A stretch of 63,738 nt of DNA, the filler included, from Reclinomonas americana ATCC 50394 (taxonomy: Eukaryota): NCBI GenBank assembly GCA_048213135.1. It is 8 parts of 5 records of this genome, joined end to end, with 100 filler letters (N's around TTAATTAATTAA, not from the genome) between each part and the next. Parts side by side here need not be neighbours in the genome. Positions count along the whole stretch, not along the records: positions 62,701 to 63,738 come from PS015233.1; 7 more parts are not named here. One strand, given 5' to 3'. Position 1 is the first letter of the stretch. Each line of letters starts with the position of its first letter. Position numbers and translations under genes: made by a program. The notes beneath the pieces are model-generated. The model worked only from the letters and a program-made list of their open reading frames with translations, was not told the origin of the DNA and did no database searches. Below, piece by piece: positions 62,701-63,738 of the stretch.

Positions 62701-63738
62701 ATTCCCGAACTCGTACGTGTTCACCATCACCGTCGGCGCCACGCTGCTCGCCCAGATGAACGCCAAAGGCAAGCTCGATGTGGTGGTCGGTGACGATACT
62801 GAAGTGGACTACGTGACGCTGACAACGAGCACGGTGCGTGTTGCGCTTGGTTTGATGTGCAATCAAGAATGCTGACCGTGCTGCGCGCGCAGATTCTGAC
62901 GATGAAACTTTCCGGGTCGGTGACCGTCGGTGAGCCTGTGACACTCCAACACTTCATCGTCTTTGCACTTACTGATCTGGGAATCACGCGCTGCGCAGCC
63001 AACCCGGTGTATACGGCATTCTCTCCACGTGTTGTCGGCCGATTGAACTCGCAACCGGTGACAGTGACTGGTACGGGCTTGCGAGACTTGTCTGCCGACT
63101 CATCAGCATTCATCATTGCCAGCTCGTGCACCTCGCCCAATGCCACGAGCCCCACTCGCGTGACGAATGCAACTGTGTCTTCTGCCGCGCCTTCCGGCAG
63201 CACCATTGCGCTGACCGTGAATGTGTCCACGGCGGCCGCCGGGCAGTACCAGCTTTGCGTGCGATCGTGCGTCGGTCGGAACTATTTTTTGTCTTGTTCG
63301 ACGTGAAACTCATTGGTTTTTTCTCTCCCATAAGGTCGAGTGGCGGTACATATTCGGCTGCGGACGGATCCACTGGCGTGTTTTCAATCGGTAAAATCTC
63401 ATCGCCATCGACTACGTTGTTTCCTCGCGATGTCCTTGACTCTTTGTGTTCATCGTTGCAGCACAAGCGAGCTCCATCTCACCAAAGGCCGTGTACCGAG
63501 GAGCAACGTCACAGGAAGTGCGACTGACGGGCGTGGGAATGGGCGATATTTCTGGCGACAGCAGTGCCGTGGTGGTGACCACATCGTGCACGGCGACGCC
63601 CACGGCGGTGACGGGCACATCGGTGACGAGTACATTCTCGTCGGCAACCTTGATTCGTCTGTTCATCAGCAGCACTGCGTCGGTGAGTTGCTAGTTTGCC
63701 TGCAGTCCTTGATGTGCTCGTTGCTGACTTGGGTTGTG
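62701..63738 (+). CDS. Fragment of an extracellular Ser/Thr-rich protein with tandem IPT/TIG-like beta repeats
   Basis: AFSPRVV...VTVTGTGL.DLSADSSA.II.SSCT and SISPKAV...VRLTGVGM.DISGDSSA.VV.TSCT. Confidence 0.6.

Noticed and set aside
1-63738. Alternative genetic code or stop-codon readthrough
   Set aside because: In-frame stops I checked fall in introns, and TAA, TAG and TGA all end genes.
1-63738. CRISPR arrays, rRNA/tRNA genes, transposase or reverse transcriptase ORFs, introner-like repeated introns
   Set aside because: None recognised by eye. Introns with shifted donors share no sequence beyond the splice signals.

Overview
Gene-dense, GC-rich, intron-rich eukaryotic draft scaffold, probably a flagellated protist (a CSTPP1-like gene and a membrane-anchored RGS gene are present; no taxon can be assigned from sequence alone). 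I rebuilt about 28 spliced genes or gene fragments by hand, with mostly ~60-100 nt introns and often <150 nt between genes. Recognisable products are CSTPP1/C11orf49, an RBPMS-like RRM protein, TRAX, TM-RGS, exportin-4, CHTOP/FoP, a peroxisomal acyl-CoA thioesterase, cytochrome b5/b5 reductase, a DUF5685-like protein, RPB3, Tubby, renalase, a VPS9 GEF, importin alpha, EEF1AKMT4, a histidine acid phosphatase, MLF, Notchless, a Zn-dependent PLC-fold protein and a PMCA. Seven 100-nt gaps carry an artificial TTAATTAATTAA linker. The strongest unexplained signal is in splicing. About 30 introns use a 5' splice site whose core is shifted by one nucleotide (GTTGCGT, GTTGAGT, GTTACGY, GTTTCGT, versus normal GTGCGT, GTGAGT, GTACGT, GTTCGT), almost always after an exon that does not end in G. 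One apparent GC version (GCTTCGT) also occurs. All gene models and family calls come from manual reading and recalled motifs, without RNA data or database searches.
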